NCBI GenBank assembly: GCA_027021685.1 | Contig: JALUTW010000341.1 | Coordinates: 1-32,855, forward strand | Length of the DNA: 32,855 bases | Direction: 5' to 3' | From: Chromatiales bacterium | GTDB lineage: Bacteria > Pseudomonadota > Gammaproteobacteria > CAMYNG01 | Shown: in pieces, positions 1 to 10,304 of the stretch | Numbering within the stretch: the stretch's first letter is position 1 | Layout: each line of letters begins with the position of its first letter | Notes under the pieces: model-generated | Database searches by the model: none | Told to the model about the DNA's origin: nothing | The model's input: only the letters and a program-made list of their open reading frames with translations | Program-made: the position numbers and the translations under genes

Positions 1-30
1 CACCGAGGCCCGAACCCGGTCCCGCGAAAA

Positions 31-202
31 GAACGCAGAGGGCGCGGAGGCGCAGAGCACGCAGAGATGAACAGTGGGCCCGTGCGCCGGCCTCGGCACA
101 ACGGCCGACGGTTGCCACCCCGGCCGGGCGGCCGGGATCCAGGTACCGTGCCCGTCCTTCGCTTCTCTGCGCCCCCGGCGTTCCCCGGCGTTTGCTGCGT
201 TC
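31..202. repeat. Imperfect inverted-repeat element whose arms are built from 8-9 bp GCAGAG-type subrepeats (left arm 31-67, right arm about 157-202)
   Basis: Read directly. gaacgcag (31-38) is the exact reverse complement of ctgcgttc (195-202), and gcgcagag (50-57) of ctctgcgc (165-172). The left arm reads ACGCAGAGG GCGCGGAGG CGCAGAGC ACGCAGAG. The same subrepeat family recurs at 2978-3018. The region is non-coding and upstream of purM. Confidence 0.5.
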
Positions 203-317
203 CGTTGCCGGAGCGAACGGCGCAGGCAGCGCGATGGACGACCCGGGAGCCTGGAATGATCGTTTAGCGCCCCCAACTCAACCCGCGCACCGCGCGGTAC
301 AGCAGGAGACGCCCCGC

Positions 318-1370
318 TTGGGCCACGACCGGAAGCAGAACCCGCCCGACGCCCTCAGCTACCGCGACGCCGGCGTGGACATCGATGCCGGCAACGCGCT
401 GGTGGAGCGCATCAAGCCACATGCCCGGCGCACGGCCCGGCCCGAGGTGCTGGCCGGGCTGGGCGGCTTCGGCGCCCTGTTCGCGCTGGACACCACGCGC
501 TGGCGCGAGCCGGTGCTGGTGGCCGGCACCGACGGCGTCGGCACCAAGCTGAAGCTGGCCATCGAGTCGGGCCGCCACGACACCATCGGCATCGACCTGG
601 TGGCCATGTGCGTCAACGACCTGGTGGTGCAGGGCGCCGAGCCGCTGTTCTTCCTCGACTACTACGCCACCGGACGGCTCGACGTGGACGTGGCCGAGGC
701 GGTGGTGCGCGGCATCGCCGACGGCTGTGCCGAGGCCGGCGCCGCCCTCATCGGCGGTGAGACCGCGGAGATGCCCGGGCTGTATGCCGGCGGCGATTAC
801 GACCTGGCCGGCTTCTGCGTGGGCGTGGTGGAGCGCGACCGCATCATCGACGGCAGCCGGGTGGCCGCGGGCGACGTGCTCATCGGGCTTGCGGCCAGCG
901 GCCCCCACTCCAACGGCTACTCGCTGATCCGGAAGATCCTGGAGCGCAGCGGTGCGGACCTGAACGCCCCCTTCGACGGCGCCACCCTGCTGGAACGCCT
1001 GCTGGCGCCCACCCGTATCTACGTCCGGCCGCTGCTGGCGCTGCTGGAGCAGGTGGAGGTCCATGCCCTGGCCCACATCACCGGCGGCGGCCTGCTGGAA
1101 AACGTGCCGCGGGTACTGCCCGCCGGCCTGGGGGCGCGCGTGGACCCGGCGCACTGGGAGTGGCCGGCCGTGTTCCGCTGGCTGCAGGAGGCGGGCAACG
1201 TGGACACGCGCGAGATGTACCGCACCTTCAATTGCGGCATCGGCATGGTGGTGATCACCGCCGCCGCGGACGCCGACCGTGCCATGGCCCTGCTCGAGGC
1301 CGCCGGGGAGACGTGCCGCGTCATCGGCGAGGTCACCGCCGGCAGCGGCGTGGACATCACCGGCCTCTGA
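318..1370 (+). CDS. purM: Phosphoribosylformylglycinamidine cyclo-ligase (AIR synthetase)
   Basis: The translation carries the PurM hallmark N-terminus ...[21 protein letters not shown]... and is PurM-like throughout. The ORF opens at 192, but a TTG at 318 follows AGGAG (304-308) at good spacing and leaves about 12 residues before LSY, as in E. coli PurM. The ATG at 234 is an alternative start. Confidence 0.9.
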   Translation: MGHDRKQNPPDALSYRDAGVDIDAGNALVERIKPHARRTARPEVLAGLGGFGALFALDTTRWREPVLVAGTDGVGTKLKLAIESGRHDTIGIDLVAMCVNDLVVQGAEPLFFLDYYATGRLDVDVAEAVVRGIADGCAEAGAALIGGETAEMPGLYAGGDYDLAGFCVGVVERDRIIDGSRVAAGDVLIGLAASGPHSNGYSLIRKILERSGADLNAPFDGATLLERLLAPTRIYVRPLLALLEQVEVHALAHITGGGLLENVPRVLPAGLGARVDPAHWEWPAVFRWLQEAGNVDTREMYRTFNCGIGMVVITAAADADRAMALLEAAGETCRVIGEVTAGSGVDITGL

Positions 1371-1379
1371 TCCCCTGTC

Positions 1380-2054
1380 ATGGCCGGGAACCCGCTGCCC
1401 ATCGCCGTGCTCATCTCGGGCAACGGCTCCAACCTGCAGGCCATCATCGACGCCATCGCCCGCGGCGAGGTGCCGGCGGTCATCACCCTGGTGGTGAGCA
1501 ACAACGCCGATGCCCATGGCCTGGAGCGCGCGCGCCGGGCCGGCCTCCCCGTCCGGGTGCTGGATCACCGCGACTGGCCGGATCGCGAGAGCTACGATCG
1601 CGCCCTCATGGAGGCCATCGACGCCAGCGGTGCGCGGCTGGTGGTGCTGGCGGGCTTCATGCGCATCCTGTCGGACCCCTTCGTCGAGCACTACCGGGGC
1701 CGCCTGTTGAACATTCATCCTTCCCTGCTGCCCAGGTACAAGGGCCTCAACACCCATGCCCGGGTCCTGGCCGCGGGTGAACGGGAGCACGGTGCCTCGG
1801 TGCACTTCGTCACCCCGGCCCTGGACGACGGGCCGGTGATCGTGCAGGCGCCGGTGCCCGTGCGCCCCGGCGACACGCCCGAGACCCTGGCCCAACGGGT
1901 GCACCAGGTGGAACACGTGATCTATCCGCTGGCAGTCAAGTGGTTCGCCGAGGGACACCTCGGCATGGATCCCGAAGGCAAAAGGGTGCTGTGGGACGGC
2001 CGGCCCCTGGACCATCCCCGCCAGGTGCGGGTGGAGTCGGTGTGGGCCGCCTGA
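1380..2054 (+). CDS. purN: Phosphoribosylglycinamide formyltransferase
   Basis: N-terminus PIAVLISGNGSNLQAIIDAI and the motif NIHPSLLPRYKGLNTH are typical PurN. It lies 9 nt after purM, the classic purMN pair. Confidence 0.95.
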   Translation: MAGNPLPIAVLISGNGSNLQAIIDAIARGEVPAVITLVVSNNADAHGLERARRAGLPVRVLDHRDWPDRESYDRALMEAIDASGARLVVLAGFMRILSDPFVEHYRGRLLNIHPSLLPRYKGLNTHARVLAAGEREHGASVHFVTPALDDGPVIVQAPVPVRPGDTPETLAQRVHQVEHVIYPLAVKWFAEGHLGMDPEGKRVLWDGRPLDHPRQVRVESVWAA

Positions 2055-2776
2055 TCCTCCTGCTGCTGCCGCTGCTGGCCACACCGCCGGCGGCCGCCTG
2101 CCCCGATCTCGCCCCCTTCACCGCGCGCTACGCCGTGATCAAGAGCGGCTTCACCCTGGGCCATGCGCGCCGCCGCTTCACCCCGGAGGCCGGCGGCGAG
2201 GCGAGCCTGGTCTCCACGACCCGGGCCGCGCGCGGCCTGCGCTGGCTGATCCCGGACCACATCGTCGAGCGCAGCCGGGTGCGGTGCGACGGCGGCCTGC
2301 GCCCCCTGGCCTACCGCTACGACCGCCAGGGCGGGCGCAAGGAGGAGCACTACGCCCTGGATTTCGACTGGCAGGCCGGAGTGGTGCACTACCGCCACGA
2401 CGGCCGCCGGTACCCGCTGGTGCCGGACACCCATGACCTGCTCAGCTTCCAGCTTGCGCTCATGCGCGGGCTCAAGGCCGGCCGCCAGCGCTTCACCTGG
2501 CACATCATGCTCAAGGACGGCCCGCGCCGGTACCACCTGCACCGGGCGGGCAGCGAGATCATGACCTTCGCCCACGGGCCGGTGGAAGTGGTGCGGGTGG
2601 TGCAGGAAGGCGGGCGCGACGGCGAGCAGTTCACCTTCTGGTGCGCGCCGGCACTGGACTACGTGCCCCTGCGCATCGTCCAGCGCAAGCGCGGGCGCGT
2701 GACCGAGTTGCGCCTGGAGCGGCTCAACGGGCGGGAGTTCGTGCCGCTGGAGGAGGAAGAAGAGGAAGGCGATTGA
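2042..2776 (+). CDS. DUF3108-like exported protein (conserved hypothetical that commonly follows purN)
   Basis: The ORF 1940-2776 overlaps purN at its 5' end. A GTG at 2042 preceded by GGAG (2033-2036) yields a signal-peptide-like N-terminus (VGRLILLLLPLLATPPAAA). The body (FTARYAVIKSGFTLG..., acidic EEEEEEGD tail) resembles the DUF3108 family as I remember it. Confidence 0.7.
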   Translation: MGRLILLLLPLLATPPAAACPDLAPFTARYAVIKSGFTLGHARRRFTPEAGGEASLVSTTRAARGLRWLIPDHIVERSRVRCDGGLRPLAYRYDRQGGRKEEHYALDFDWQAGVVHYRHDGRRYPLVPDTHDLLSFQLALMRGLKAGRQRFTWHIMLKDGPRRYHLHRAGSEIMTFAHGPVEVVRVVQEGGRDGEQFTFWCAPALDYVPLRIVQRKRGRVTELRLERLNGREFVPLEEEEEEGD

Positions 2777-2977
2777 GCGCGGGCGGGACGCCGGGAGCGC
2801 CCCCGGCCGCGATTCCTCGCGATAGCCAGAACCCCTTCAACACAGAGATACTGTGTCACCTGTCAAGTGTATAGGGTACGGTCGGTCCCGCCGGCCGCAC
2901 CGGCGGGAATGGCCCTCACACGGCGCGGTTGCCGGTGCAGCCACGTCCCGCAGCTCCTGTTCCGGCCACGCGATCCC

Positions 2978-3018
2978 AACGCAGAGACGCAAAGACGCAG
3001 AGGACGCAGAGGCAGAAG
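2978..3018. repeat. Tandem 8-9 bp GCAGAG-type subrepeats (ACGCAGAG ACGCAAAG ACGCAGAGG ACGCAGAGG CAGAAG)
   Basis: Read directly. It belongs to the same family as 31-67. It lies in the convergent intergenic region between the DUF3108 gene and dcd, inverted relative to the heptamer array at 3149-3183. Confidence 0.6.
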
Positions 3019-3148
3019 TATTTTTGCGCCTTAGCCATCCCAGCGGCCAGCCGCCAGCACCCAGCAGCTGACGGCGGCGCAGGGTGTACCGGCAAAGCCT
3101 TCGCACCGTCCCATCCGGTGCGTTTGCAGGCGAACGCACCCTACGCTC

Positions 3149-3183
3149 ATCTGTCCTCTGTCCTCCGTCTTCTGTCCCCTGAA
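3149..3183. repeat. Heptamer tandem array YTCYGTC x5 (ATCTGTC CTCTGTC CTCCGTC TTCTGTC CCCTGAA)
   Basis: Read directly. The same heptamer family and the same ..CTGAAT.. end occur at 31369-31431. An 8-bp hairpin, ggtgcgtt/aacgcacc (3117-3140), precedes it. Confidence 0.75.
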
Positions 3184-3267
3184 TGATTCAAGCGCAAGGT
3201 CACCGCCTTCACGAGCACACCCTGCACTTGCCGATACCCCAGCGGCCAGTCCCCAGCCTCCAGTCCC

Positions 3268-3294
3268 GGCCTGAGCGGCTTCGCCGCTCAGGCC
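3268..3294 (-). terminator. Perfect GC-rich hairpin (ggcctgagcgg-cttcg-ccgctcaggcc) overlapping the dcd stop codon; possible terminator or stabiliser, no U-tract
   Basis: The 11-bp arms are exact reverse complements. The dcd stop (tca, 3288-3290) lies inside the 3' arm. No T-run follows on the minus strand, so it is not a canonical intrinsic terminator. Confidence 0.3.
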
Positions 3295-3854
3295 TTGGGC
3301 AGGGTGACCCCGCGCTGGCCCTGGTACTTGCCGCCGCGGTCGCGGTAGGAGGTCTCGCACACCTCGTCGGACTCGAAGAACAGCACCTGGGCCACGCCCT
3401 CGTTGGCGTAGATCTTGGCCGGCAGCGGAGTGGTGTTGGAAAACTCCAGGGTCACGTGCCCCTCCCACTCCGGCTCCAGCGGGGTGACGTTGACGATGAT
3501 GCCGCAGCGGGCGTAGGTGGACTTGCCCAGGCACACGGTGAGGATGTTGCGCGGGATGCGGAAGTACTCCACGGTGCGCGCCAGGGCGAAGGAGTTGGGC
3601 GGAATGATGCAGACCTCGCCCTTGAAGTCCACGAAGCTGTGGTCGGAAAAGTCCTTGGGATCGACGATGGCCGAGTTGATGTTGGTGAAGATCTTGAATT
3701 CGTCGGCACAGCGGATGTCGTAGCCGTAGCTGGAGGTGCCGAAGGAGATCACGCGCTGGCCGTTGACCTCGCGCACCTGCCCCGGCTCGAAGGGCTCGAT
3801 CATGCCGTGTTCCGCCGCCATGCGGCGGATCCAGCGGTCGGACTTGATGCTCAC
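3288..3854 (-). CDS. dcd: dCTP deaminase
   Basis: The translation (V)[21 protein letters not shown]...[35 protein letters not shown]...[16 protein letters not shown] is collinear with 188-aa gammaproteobacterial Dcd. I therefore prefer the GTG at 3854 (GGGGA upstream) over the ORF-track start at 3869. Confidence 0.93.
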   Translation of the reverse strand: MSIKSDRWIRRMAAEHGMIEPFEPGQVREVNGQRVISFGTSSYGYDIRCADEFKIFTNINSAIVDPKDFSDHSFVDFKGEVCIIPPNSFALARTVEYFRIPRNILTVCLGKSTYARCGIIVNVTPLEPEWEGHVTLEFSNTTPLPAKIYANEGVAQVLFFESDEVCETSYRDRGGKYQGQRGVTLPKA

Positions 3855-3959
3855 GGATGTCCCCTGCACTGGCGTGGTGGCTCGCAGGCGGGGATGCTAG
3901 CCGGTTCCCGGTAACGGGGCAAGCGCGCCCCGGCCGGCGGCCGGGGCGCGGTGCGGCGG

Positions 3960-5051
3960 TCAGCTGTTCTGGATGACGATCTTGGGGAAGGCGGCGCTGA
4001 AGTCCTTGGCCCGCAGCGACAGCCTGGCCGCCATGCGCCGCGCGATCTCGCGGTAGATCTGGGCGATGCGGCCGTCGGGCTCGGCCACCACCGTGGGCTT
4101 GCCGCCGTCGGCCTGCTCCCGGATCCGGATGTCCAGGGGCAGCGCGCCCAGCAGCGGCACGTCGTACTGCTCGGCCATGCGCTCGCCGCCACCGGCGCCG
4201 AAGATGTGCTCCTCGTGGCCGCACTTGGAGCAGATGTGGATGGACATGTTCTCGATGATGCCCAGCACCGGCACGTCCACCTTCTGGAACATCTTCAGGC
4301 CCTTGCGCGCATCCAGCAGGGCGATGTCCTGGGGCGTGGTGACGATGACCGCGCCCGACACCGGCACCCGCTGGGCCAGGGTGAGCTGGGTGTCGCCGGT
4401 GCCCGGCGGCAGGTCCACGATGAGGTAGTCCACGTCCTTCCAGCGGGTGTCGTTGAGGAGCTGCTCCAGGGCCTGGGTGACCATGGGGCCGCGCCAGATC
4501 ATGGGCGTCTCCTCGTCGATGAGGTAGCCGATGGACATGGACTGGACGCCGTAGTTGACCAGCGGCTCCAGGCTGTTGCCGTCCCTGGACTCGGGCTGCC
4601 GGGTGATGCCCAGCATGCGCGGCTGGGACGGGCCGTAGATGTCGGCGTCCAGCAGGCCCACGGTGGCGCCCTCGGCGGCCAGGGCCAGGGCCAGGTTCAC
4701 GGCGGTGGTGGACTTGCCCACACCGCCCTTGCCCGAGGCCACGGCGATGATGTTCTTGACGTTGTCGATGTGGTTGACCCCTTTCTGCACCTGGTGGGTC
4801 TGGATCTTGTGCGAGACGTTGACCGTCACCTCGCCCGCGCCGTCCAGGCCCCGGATGCGCTCGGCCAGCTTCTCGCTCAGCTCGGACTCGTAGCCCCCGG
4901 CCGGAAAGCCCAGGACCACGTCCACCTCGACCTTGCCGCCCTCGGTGCGGATGTCCTTGACCGCCTTGGCGCTCACCAGGTCGGTCTCCAGGTAGGGATC
5001 GATGTATTCCTTGATTGCGTTCTCGACCTGTTCGCGGGTCACGTCTGCCAT
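3960..5051 (-). CDS. apbC: Fe-S cluster carrier ATPase ApbC/Mrp
   Basis: It has a DUF59-like N-terminus, a deviant Walker A (VASGKGGVGKST) and a CxxC (HICSKCGHEE). It is divergent from metG, as mrp-metG is in E. coli. The ATG at 5051 has AGAGGT about 9 nt upstream; the GTG at 5057 is an alternative. Confidence 0.9.
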   Translation of the reverse strand: MADVTREQVENAIKEYIDPYLETDLVSAKAVKDIRTEGGKVEVDVVLGFPAGGYESELSEKLAERIRGLDGAGEVTVNVSHKIQTHQVQKGVNHIDNVKNIIAVASGKGGVGKSTTAVNLALALAAEGATVGLLDADIYGPSQPRMLGITRQPESRDGNSLEPLVNYGVQSMSIGYLIDEETPMIWRGPMVTQALEQLLNDTRWKDVDYLIVDLPPGTGDTQLTLAQRVPVSGAVIVTTPQDIALLDARKGLKMFQKVDVPVLGIIENMSIHICSKCGHEEHIFGAGGGERMAEQYDVPLLGALPLDIRIREQADGGKPTVVAEPDGRIAQIYREIARRMAARLSLRAKDFSAAFPKIVIQNS

Positions 5052-5074
5052 ATGCACTTACCTCTGGGGATGCT

Positions 5075-5103
5075 GCCCCGCCCCGCCGCCGGCGGGGCGG
5101 GGC
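5075..5103. promoter_or_regulatory. 29-bp perfect G/C palindrome (GCCCCGCCCCGCCG-C-CGGCGGGGCGGGGC) in the apbC/metG divergent region
   Basis: I checked all 14 arm positions and each is complementary around centre 5089. It lies 24-52 nt upstream of the apbC ATG, next to its SD. Confidence 0.4.
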
Positions 5104-5256
5104 GCGATTGGGGGGCGTATGGTACACCAAGCCACCGCCCCTATCACCACCCGCCCCGCAGGGTCAATGGGGGAGCCGGCGCGGGATGCCTCCCTGACAT
5201 GGGGGCGCGGGGCCGGACCGGCAAGGGCCGGGGCGGCCCCCGGGCGGGGGAACCGC

Positions 5257-5262
5257 TATAAT
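5257..5262 (+). promoter_or_regulatory. Candidate -10 hexamer (TATAAT) for metG
   Basis: A perfect TATAAT lies 60 nt upstream of the metG ATG in an otherwise very GC-rich spacer. I saw no convincing -35. Confidence 0.3.
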
Positions 5263-5321
5263 GCGCCCCCTGGCAGTACGGAAAAACACTGAGAACACGG
5301 CTGAGCGCCGCGGGGAGAGCC

Positions 5322-7343
5322 ATGTCCGAGGCCCAACGACAGATCCTGGTCACCAGCGCCCTGCCCTACGCCAACGGGCCCATCCACCTCGGGCACCTGG
5401 TGGAGTACATCCAGACCGACATCTGGGCCCGGTTCCAGCGCCTGCGCGGCCACCGCTGCTACTACGTGTGTGCCGACGACGCCCACGGCACCCCCATCAT
5501 GCTGCGGGCGGAGAGCGAGGGCCTGACCCCGGAAGAACTCATCGAACGGGTGGGCCGGGAGCACCGGGCCGACTTCGCCGACTTCCACATCGGCTTCGAC
5601 AACTACCACAGCACCCATTCCGAGGAGAACCGCCAGCTCGCGGAACTCATCTACCGCCGCCTGCGCGAGGGGGGCTACATCGTCACCCGCACCATCACCC
5701 AGCTCTACGACCCGGTGCGGGAGATGTTCCTGCCCGATCGCTATATAAAAGGCGAGTGCCCCCGCTGCGGCGCCCCGGACCAGTACGGCGACCACTGCGA
5801 GGCCTGCAGCGCCACCTATTCGCCCACCGAGCTGAAGAACCCGGTGTCGGTGGTCTCCGGCGCCACCCCGGTCACCCGCGAATCGGAGCACTACTTCTTC
5901 CAGCTCGGCAAGTTCGGGGACTGGCTCCGGGAATGGACCGCGGCCGGCCACGTCCAGCCCGAGATCCGGCGCAAGCTGGAGGAGTGGTTCGCCGACGGGC
6001 TCAAGGACTGGGACATCTCCCGCGATGCGCCCTACTTCGGCTTCGAGATCCCGGACGCCCCGGGCAAGTACTTCTACGTCTGGCTCGACGCCCCCATCGG
6101 CTACATGGCCAGCTTCAAGCACCTGTGCGAGCGCACCGCGGACCTGGACTTCGACGACTGGTGGGCGGCGGACAGCCGGGCCGAGCTGTACCACTTCATC
6201 GGCAAGGACATCGCCTACTTCCACACCCTGTTCTGGCCCGCCATGCTGCACGGGGCCGGGTTCCGCAAGCCCGACGCGGTGTGGTGCCATGGCTTCCTCA
6301 CCGTCAACGGGCAGAAGATGTCCAAGTCGCGGGGCACCTTCATCACCGCGCGCACCTATCTCAGGCACCTGGACCCGGAGTACCTGCGCTACTACTTCGC
6401 GGCCAAGCTGGGACCCGGCATCGACGACCTGGACCTCAACCTCGATGACTTCATGCAGCGGGTCAATGCCGACCTGGTGGGCAAGGTGGTCAACATCGCC
6501 AGCCGCTGTGCCGGCTTCATCAGCAAGCGCTTCGACGGCCGCCTGGCCCCGGCCCTGGCGGAGCCGGACCTGTACGCGGAGTTCACCGCCGCGGCCGAGG
6601 GTATCGCCGCGGCCTACGAGGGCCGTGACTTCAACCGGGCCGTGCGCGAGATCATGGCCCTGGCCGACCGCGCCAACCGGTACATCGACGAGAAGAAGCC
6701 CTGGGTTCTGGCCAGGGAGGCGGGGCGCGAGGCCGAAGTGCAGGCGGTGTGCACCATGGGGCTCAACCTGTTCCGCGCCCTGATGATCTATCTCAAGCCG
6801 GTGCTGCCGGCCATGGCCGAGGCGGTGGAGTCCTTCCTCGACATCCCGCCGCTCACCTGGGACCACCTGCGCACGCCCATGACCGACCACGTCATCAACC
6901 CGTTCAGGCCGCTGATGACGCGCGTCGACCCGGCCAGGGTGGAGGCCATGGTGGCCGACTCGCGCCAGGACCTGGCGGCGCAGCCGGCGGCCACCCCGGC
7001 CGGTGGAGAGGAAAACGTGGAAGAGATCACCATCGACGACTTCGCCAAAATCGATCTGAGGGTGGCGCGGGTGACCCGGGCCGAGACGGTGGAAGGAGCG
7101 GACAAGCTGTTGCGCCTGACCCTGGACCTGGGCGGCGAGACCCGCACCGTGTTCGCCGGCATCAAGAACGCCTACGCACCGGCGGAGCTGGAAGGGCGCC
7201 TGGTGGTGATGGTGGCCAACCTCAAGCCGCGCAAGATGCGCTTCGGGATCTCCGAGGGCATGGTGCTGGCCGCCGGCGACGGCGGCGGCCCGTTTCTCAT
7301 CGGACCCGACGACGGCGCCGCGCCCGGCATGAAGGTCAAATAG
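5322..7343 (+). CDS. metG: Methionine--tRNA ligase (with C-terminal tRNA-binding/EMAP-like domain)
   Basis: It has HIGH ([12 protein letters not shown]), a Zn knuckle ([18 protein letters not shown]) and KMSKS motifs. The C-terminal part ([14 protein letters not shown]...GMKV) is the dimerisation/tRNA-binding domain. Confidence 0.97.
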   Translation: MSEAQRQILVTSALPYANGPIHLGHLVEYIQTDIWARFQRLRGHRCYYVCADDAHGTPIMLRAESEGLTPEELIERVGREHRADFADFHIGFDNYHSTHSEENRQLAELIYRRLREGGYIVTRTITQLYDPVREMFLPDRYIKGECPRCGAPDQYGDHCEACSATYSPTELKNPVSVVSGATPVTRESEHYFFQLGKFGDWLREWTAAGHVQPEIRRKLEEWFADGLKDWDISRDAPYFGFEIPDAPGKYFYVWLDAPIGYMASFKHLCERTADLDFDDWWAADSRAELYHFIGKDIAYFHTLFWPAMLHGAGFRKPDAVWCHGFLTVNGQKMSKSRGTFITARTYLRHLDPEYLRYYFAAKLGPGIDDLDLNLDDFMQRVNADLVGKVVNIASRCAGFISKRFDGRLAPALAEPDLYAEFTAAAEGIAAAYEGRDFNRAVREIMALADRANRYIDEKKPWVLAREAGREAEVQAVCTMGLNLFRALMIYLKPVLPAMAEAVESFLDIPPLTWDHLRTPMTDHVINPFRPLMTRVDPARVEAMVADSRQDLAAQPAATPAGGEENVEEITIDDFAKIDLRVARVTRAETVEGADKLLRLTLDLGGETRTVFAGIKNAYAPAELEGRLVVMVANLKPRKMRFGISEGMVLAAGDGGGPFLIGPDDGAAPGMKVK

Positions 7344-7487
7344 GCCCCGGCCCCGTGCGGCTTCTCCGCCGGCCGGGCGCCAACCCGTACCGCGCGCGCG
7401 GTTGTCAGCCCGCAGGCCCGCCACTACCATGGGGCGAGACCTGCCCCGGGCACGCCGGCGCCCGGCACAGTACCTGAAACGGAGCCC

Positions 7488-8069
7488 ATGACAGACCTGG
7501 CCCTCATTCTCGTCAGCACCATCCTGGTCAACAACTTCGTCCTGGTGAAGTTCCTGGGCCTGTGCCCGTTCATGGGCGTCTCGCGCAAGCTGGAGACCGC
7601 CACCGGCATGGCCCTGGCCACCACCTTCGTCCTCACCCTGTCCTCGGTCACCAGCTACCTGGCCGACACCTACCTGCTGGCCCCGCTGGGACTGGAGTAC
7701 CTGCGCACCATCACCTTCATCCTCGTCATCGCCGTGGTGGTGCAGTTCACCGAGATGGTGGTGCGCAAGACCAGCCCGCTGCTGTACCAGGTGCTGGGCA
7801 TCTTCCTGCCCCTCATCACCACCAACTGCGCGGTGCTGGGCGTGGCACTGCTCAACGTCCAGACCCGCCACGGCTTCGTCGAGTCGGCGGTGTACGGGTT
7901 CGGCGCCGCGGTGGGCTTCTCGCTGGTGCTGATCCTGTTTGCGGCCATGCGCGAGCGCATCAACGCCGCCGACGTGCCGGCCCCGTTCCGCGGCGCATCC
8001 ATTGCGCTGGTGACCGCCGGCCTCATGTCCATCGCCTTCATGGGCTTCTCCGGCCTGGTCAAGGGCTGA
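7488..8069 (+). CDS. rnfA: Rnf electron-transport complex subunit A
   Basis: A 193-aa polytopic membrane protein with the RnfA/RsxA-type sequence ([21 protein letters not shown]...). It is the first gene of a block in rnfABCDGE order. GGAG lies 4 nt upstream. Confidence 0.95.
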   Translation: MTDLALILVSTILVNNFVLVKFLGLCPFMGVSRKLETATGMALATTFVLTLSSVTSYLADTYLLAPLGLEYLRTITFILVIAVVVQFTEMVVRKTSPLLYQVLGIFLPLITTNCAVLGVALLNVQTRHGFVESAVYGFGAAVGFSLVLILFAAMRERINAADVPAPFRGASIALVTAGLMSIAFMGFSGLVKG

Positions 8070-8070
8070 G

Positions 8071-8649
8071 ATGCTGACAGCGCTGCTCGTCCTCACCCTC
8101 CTGGCCGTGACCTTCGGCCTGCTGCTGGGCTTCGCCGCGATCCGGTTCAAGGTCGAGGAGGATCCCATCGTCGACCAGATCGACCGCCTCCTGCCCCAGA
8201 CCCAGTGCGGCCAGTGCGGCTTTCCCGGCTGCCGTCCCTACGCCGAGGCCATCGCCCGCGGCGAGGCCGACATCAACCAGTGCCCGCCCGGCGGCGAGGC
8301 CGTGATCCAGGCCCTGGCCGACCTCCTGGGGCGCGACCCCAAGCCCCTCAACGAGGAACACGGCCAGCACAAGGAAAAGATGGTGGCGGTCATCGATGAA
8401 CAGGTGTGCATCGGCTGCACCCTGTGCATCCAGGCCTGCCCCGTGGACGCCATCCTCGGCGCGGCCAAGCAGATGCACACTGTCATCGCCGACGAGTGCA
8501 CCGGCTGCGAGCTGTGCATCCCGCCCTGCCCGGTGGACTGCATCCACATGGTGCCGGTGAAAAAGACCCTGGCCGACTGGGTCTGGCCCTATCCCGAGGA
8601 GGAGGAGGAACGGGCCGGGACACCCCCGGCGCGGGAGGCGGCGCCGTGA
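8071..8649 (+). CDS. rnfB: Rnf complex subunit B (Fe-S)
   Basis: It has an N-terminal TM segment, a CGQCGFPGC cluster and two 4Fe-4S ferredoxin motifs ([24 protein letters not shown]). Confidence 0.95.
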   Translation: MLTALLVLTLLAVTFGLLLGFAAIRFKVEEDPIVDQIDRLLPQTQCGQCGFPGCRPYAEAIARGEADINQCPPGGEAVIQALADLLGRDPKPLNEEHGQHKEKMVAVIDEQVCIGCTLCIQACPVDAILGAAKQMHTVIADECTGCELCIPPCPVDCIHMVPVKKTLADWVWPYPEEEEERAGTPPAREAAP

Positions 8650-10304
8650 ACGGCTGTCCCGCCTGGTCGTTTCCCGGCGGCCTGGTGCTGGACGGGCACA
8701 AGGCCGAATCCACCCGCGAGCCGGTGGCCGCGGCGCCGGTGCCGCCGGTGCTGGTGCTGCCGCTGCAACAGCACATCGGCAACCCGGCGGTGCCGGTGGT
8801 GGAGGTGGGCCAGCGCGTGGCCCGCGGCCAGATGCTGGCGCGCGCCGACGAGTACGTGAGCGCCCCGGTGCACGCCCCCAGCTCCGGTACCGTGGCGGCC
8901 ATCGAGGAACGGCCGGTGCCGCATCCCTCGGGCCTGGCCGCGCCCTGTATCGTCATCGAAACCGACGGCGAGGACCGCCCGCATCCCGACTGCCGGCCGG
9001 TGCCCGACTACGAGGCCCTGGACCCCAGCGCCCTGCGCAACATCATCCGCGAGGCCGGCATCGTGGGCCTGGGGGGCGCCGGCTTCCCCACCTTCATCAA
9101 GCTCAACCCCGGGCCGGATCACGCGGTGGACACCCTGATCCTCAACGGTGCCGAGTGCGAGCCCTGGATCACCTGCGACGACATGCTCATGCGCGAGCGC
9201 CCGCGGGAGATCATCGAGGGCCTGAAGATCATGCGCCACGCCCTGCGCGCGCGGCGCTGCCTCATCGGGGTCGAAGACAACAAGCCCGAGGCCATCGCGG
9301 CCCTGGAGGGCGCGCTGGAAGCGGACGAGCGCGAGACCATCCGCGTCTGCCCGGTGCCCACGCGCTACCCGGCCGGCGGCGAGAAGCAGCTCATCCTGGC
9401 CCTCACCGGCAAGGCCGTGCCCAGCCAGCGGCTGCCGGTGGAGGTGGGCATCGTGTGCCACAACGTGGGCACCGCGGCGGCGGTGTACCGGGCCATCCAC
9501 CGCGGCGAGCCCCTGGTCTCGCGCCTGGTCACCGTCACCGGCCCGGCCATGGAGCGGCCGCGCAACCTGGAGGTGCGCGTGGGCACGCCGGTGAGCGACC
9601 TGCTGGCTCTGGCCGGGGCGCGCACCACCGACATCACCGAGCTCATCATGGGCGGGCCCATGATGGGCTTCGAGCTGGCCAGCGACGCGGTGCCCGTGAT
9701 CAAGACCACCAACTGTATCCTGGGCCTGGACCACGACCCCCACCGCCAGGCGGCGCCGGTGCGCCCCTGCATCCGCTGCGGCGAGTGCGCGCGGGTGTGC
9801 CCGGCGAAGCTGCTGCCGCAGGAGCTCTACTGGTTCGCCCGCGCCCGCGACATGGACAAGGTGCAGGACTTCCACCTGTTCGACTGCATCGAGTGCGGCT
9901 GCTGCGCCTACGTCTGCCCGTCCCACATCCCGCTGGTGCAGTACTACCGCTTCGCCAAGACCCGGATCTGGGCCCAGGAAAAGGAGCGGCGCAAGGCCGA
10001 CCTGGCGCGGCGCCGGCACGAGTTCCGCCTGCAGCGGCTGGAGCGGGAAAAGCACGAGAAGGAAGAACGCCAGCGGCGCAAGAAGGAACTGCTCAAGAAG
10101 GCCCGGGGCGGCGACGAGGCCGCCAAGCAGGCGGCCATCCAGGCGGCACTGGAGCGGGTCAAGACCCGGCGCGAGCAACAGCACGCCCAGGCGCGCAACG
10201 TGGAGCCGCAGACCGAGGCCCAGCGCAGGGCCCTGGCCGAGGCCGAGGAACGCCGCCGGCGCCTGGCCGGCGACAGCGACGGGGGCGACGACGATGCGGT
10301 TTGA
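8646..10304 (+). CDS. rnfC: Rnf complex subunit C (NADH/FMN-binding, 2x[4Fe-4S]) with Lys/Glu/Arg/Ala-rich C-terminal tail
   Basis: A GTG at 8646 overlaps the rnfB stop (GTGA). Motifs seen: [21 protein letters not shown] and [12 protein letters not shown]. The ORF-track start at 8406 lies out of frame inside rnfB and is rejected. Confidence 0.9.
   Translation: MNGCPAWSFPGGLVLDGHKAESTREPVAAAPVPPVLVLPLQQHIGNPAVPVVEVGQRVARGQMLARADEYVSAPVHAPSSGTVAAIEERPVPHPSGLAAPCIVIETDGEDRPHPDCRPVPDYEALDPSALRNIIREAGIVGLGGAGFPTFIKLNPGPDHAVDTLILNGAECEPWITCDDMLMRERPREIIEGLKIMRHALRARRCLIGVEDNKPEAIAALEGALEADERETIRVCPVPTRYPAGGEKQLILALTGKAVPSQRLPVEVGIVCHNVGTAAAVYRAIHRGEPLVSRLVTVTGPAMERPRNLEVRVGTPVSDLLALAGARTTDITELIMGGPMMGFELASDAVPVIKTTNCILGLDHDPHRQAAPVRPCIRCGECARVCPAKLLPQELYWFARARDMDKVQDFHLFDCIECGCCAYVCPSHIPLVQYYRFAKTRIWAQEKERRKADLARRRHEFRLQRLEREKHEKEERQRRKKELLKKARGGDEAAKQAAIQAALERVKTRREQQHAQARNVEPQTEAQRRALAEAEERRRRLAGDSDGGDDDAV

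Noticed and set aside
264-2084. 606-aa ORF on the minus strand spanning purM and purN
   Set aside because: It is antisense to two genes with unmistakable protein signatures. Its translation is Gly/Ala/Arg/His-rich low complexity, typical of high-GC shadow ORFs.
3031-5130. 699-aa minus-strand ORF, and the 436-aa plus-strand ORF 3951-5261, overlapping dcd and apbC
   Set aside because: They are out of frame with, or antisense to, dcd and apbC. The translations are Arg/Pro/Gly-rich and carry no recognisable motifs.
7464-7477. Sigma-54-like sequence cGGCAC-agtac-CTGA just upstream of rnfA
   Set aside because: The -12 element (TTGC) is poorly matched and lacks the critical GC. The site would lie only about 10 nt from the RBS. 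This is not enough to call an RpoN promoter.
5256-8168. 970-aa minus-strand ORF opposite metG and rnfA (plus the smaller same-strand frame-shifted ORFs 5261-6448, 6025-6783 and 6749-7477)
   Set aside because: The metG and rnfA frames carry canonical motifs (HIGH, KMSKS). The alternatives are compositionally biased shadows.
8406-8645. 5' extension of the rnfC ORF as listed in the ORF track (start 8406)
   Set aside because: This part lies out of frame inside rnfB, whose Fe-S motifs are clear. A GTG at 8646 gives the usual GTGA coupling to the rnfB stop.
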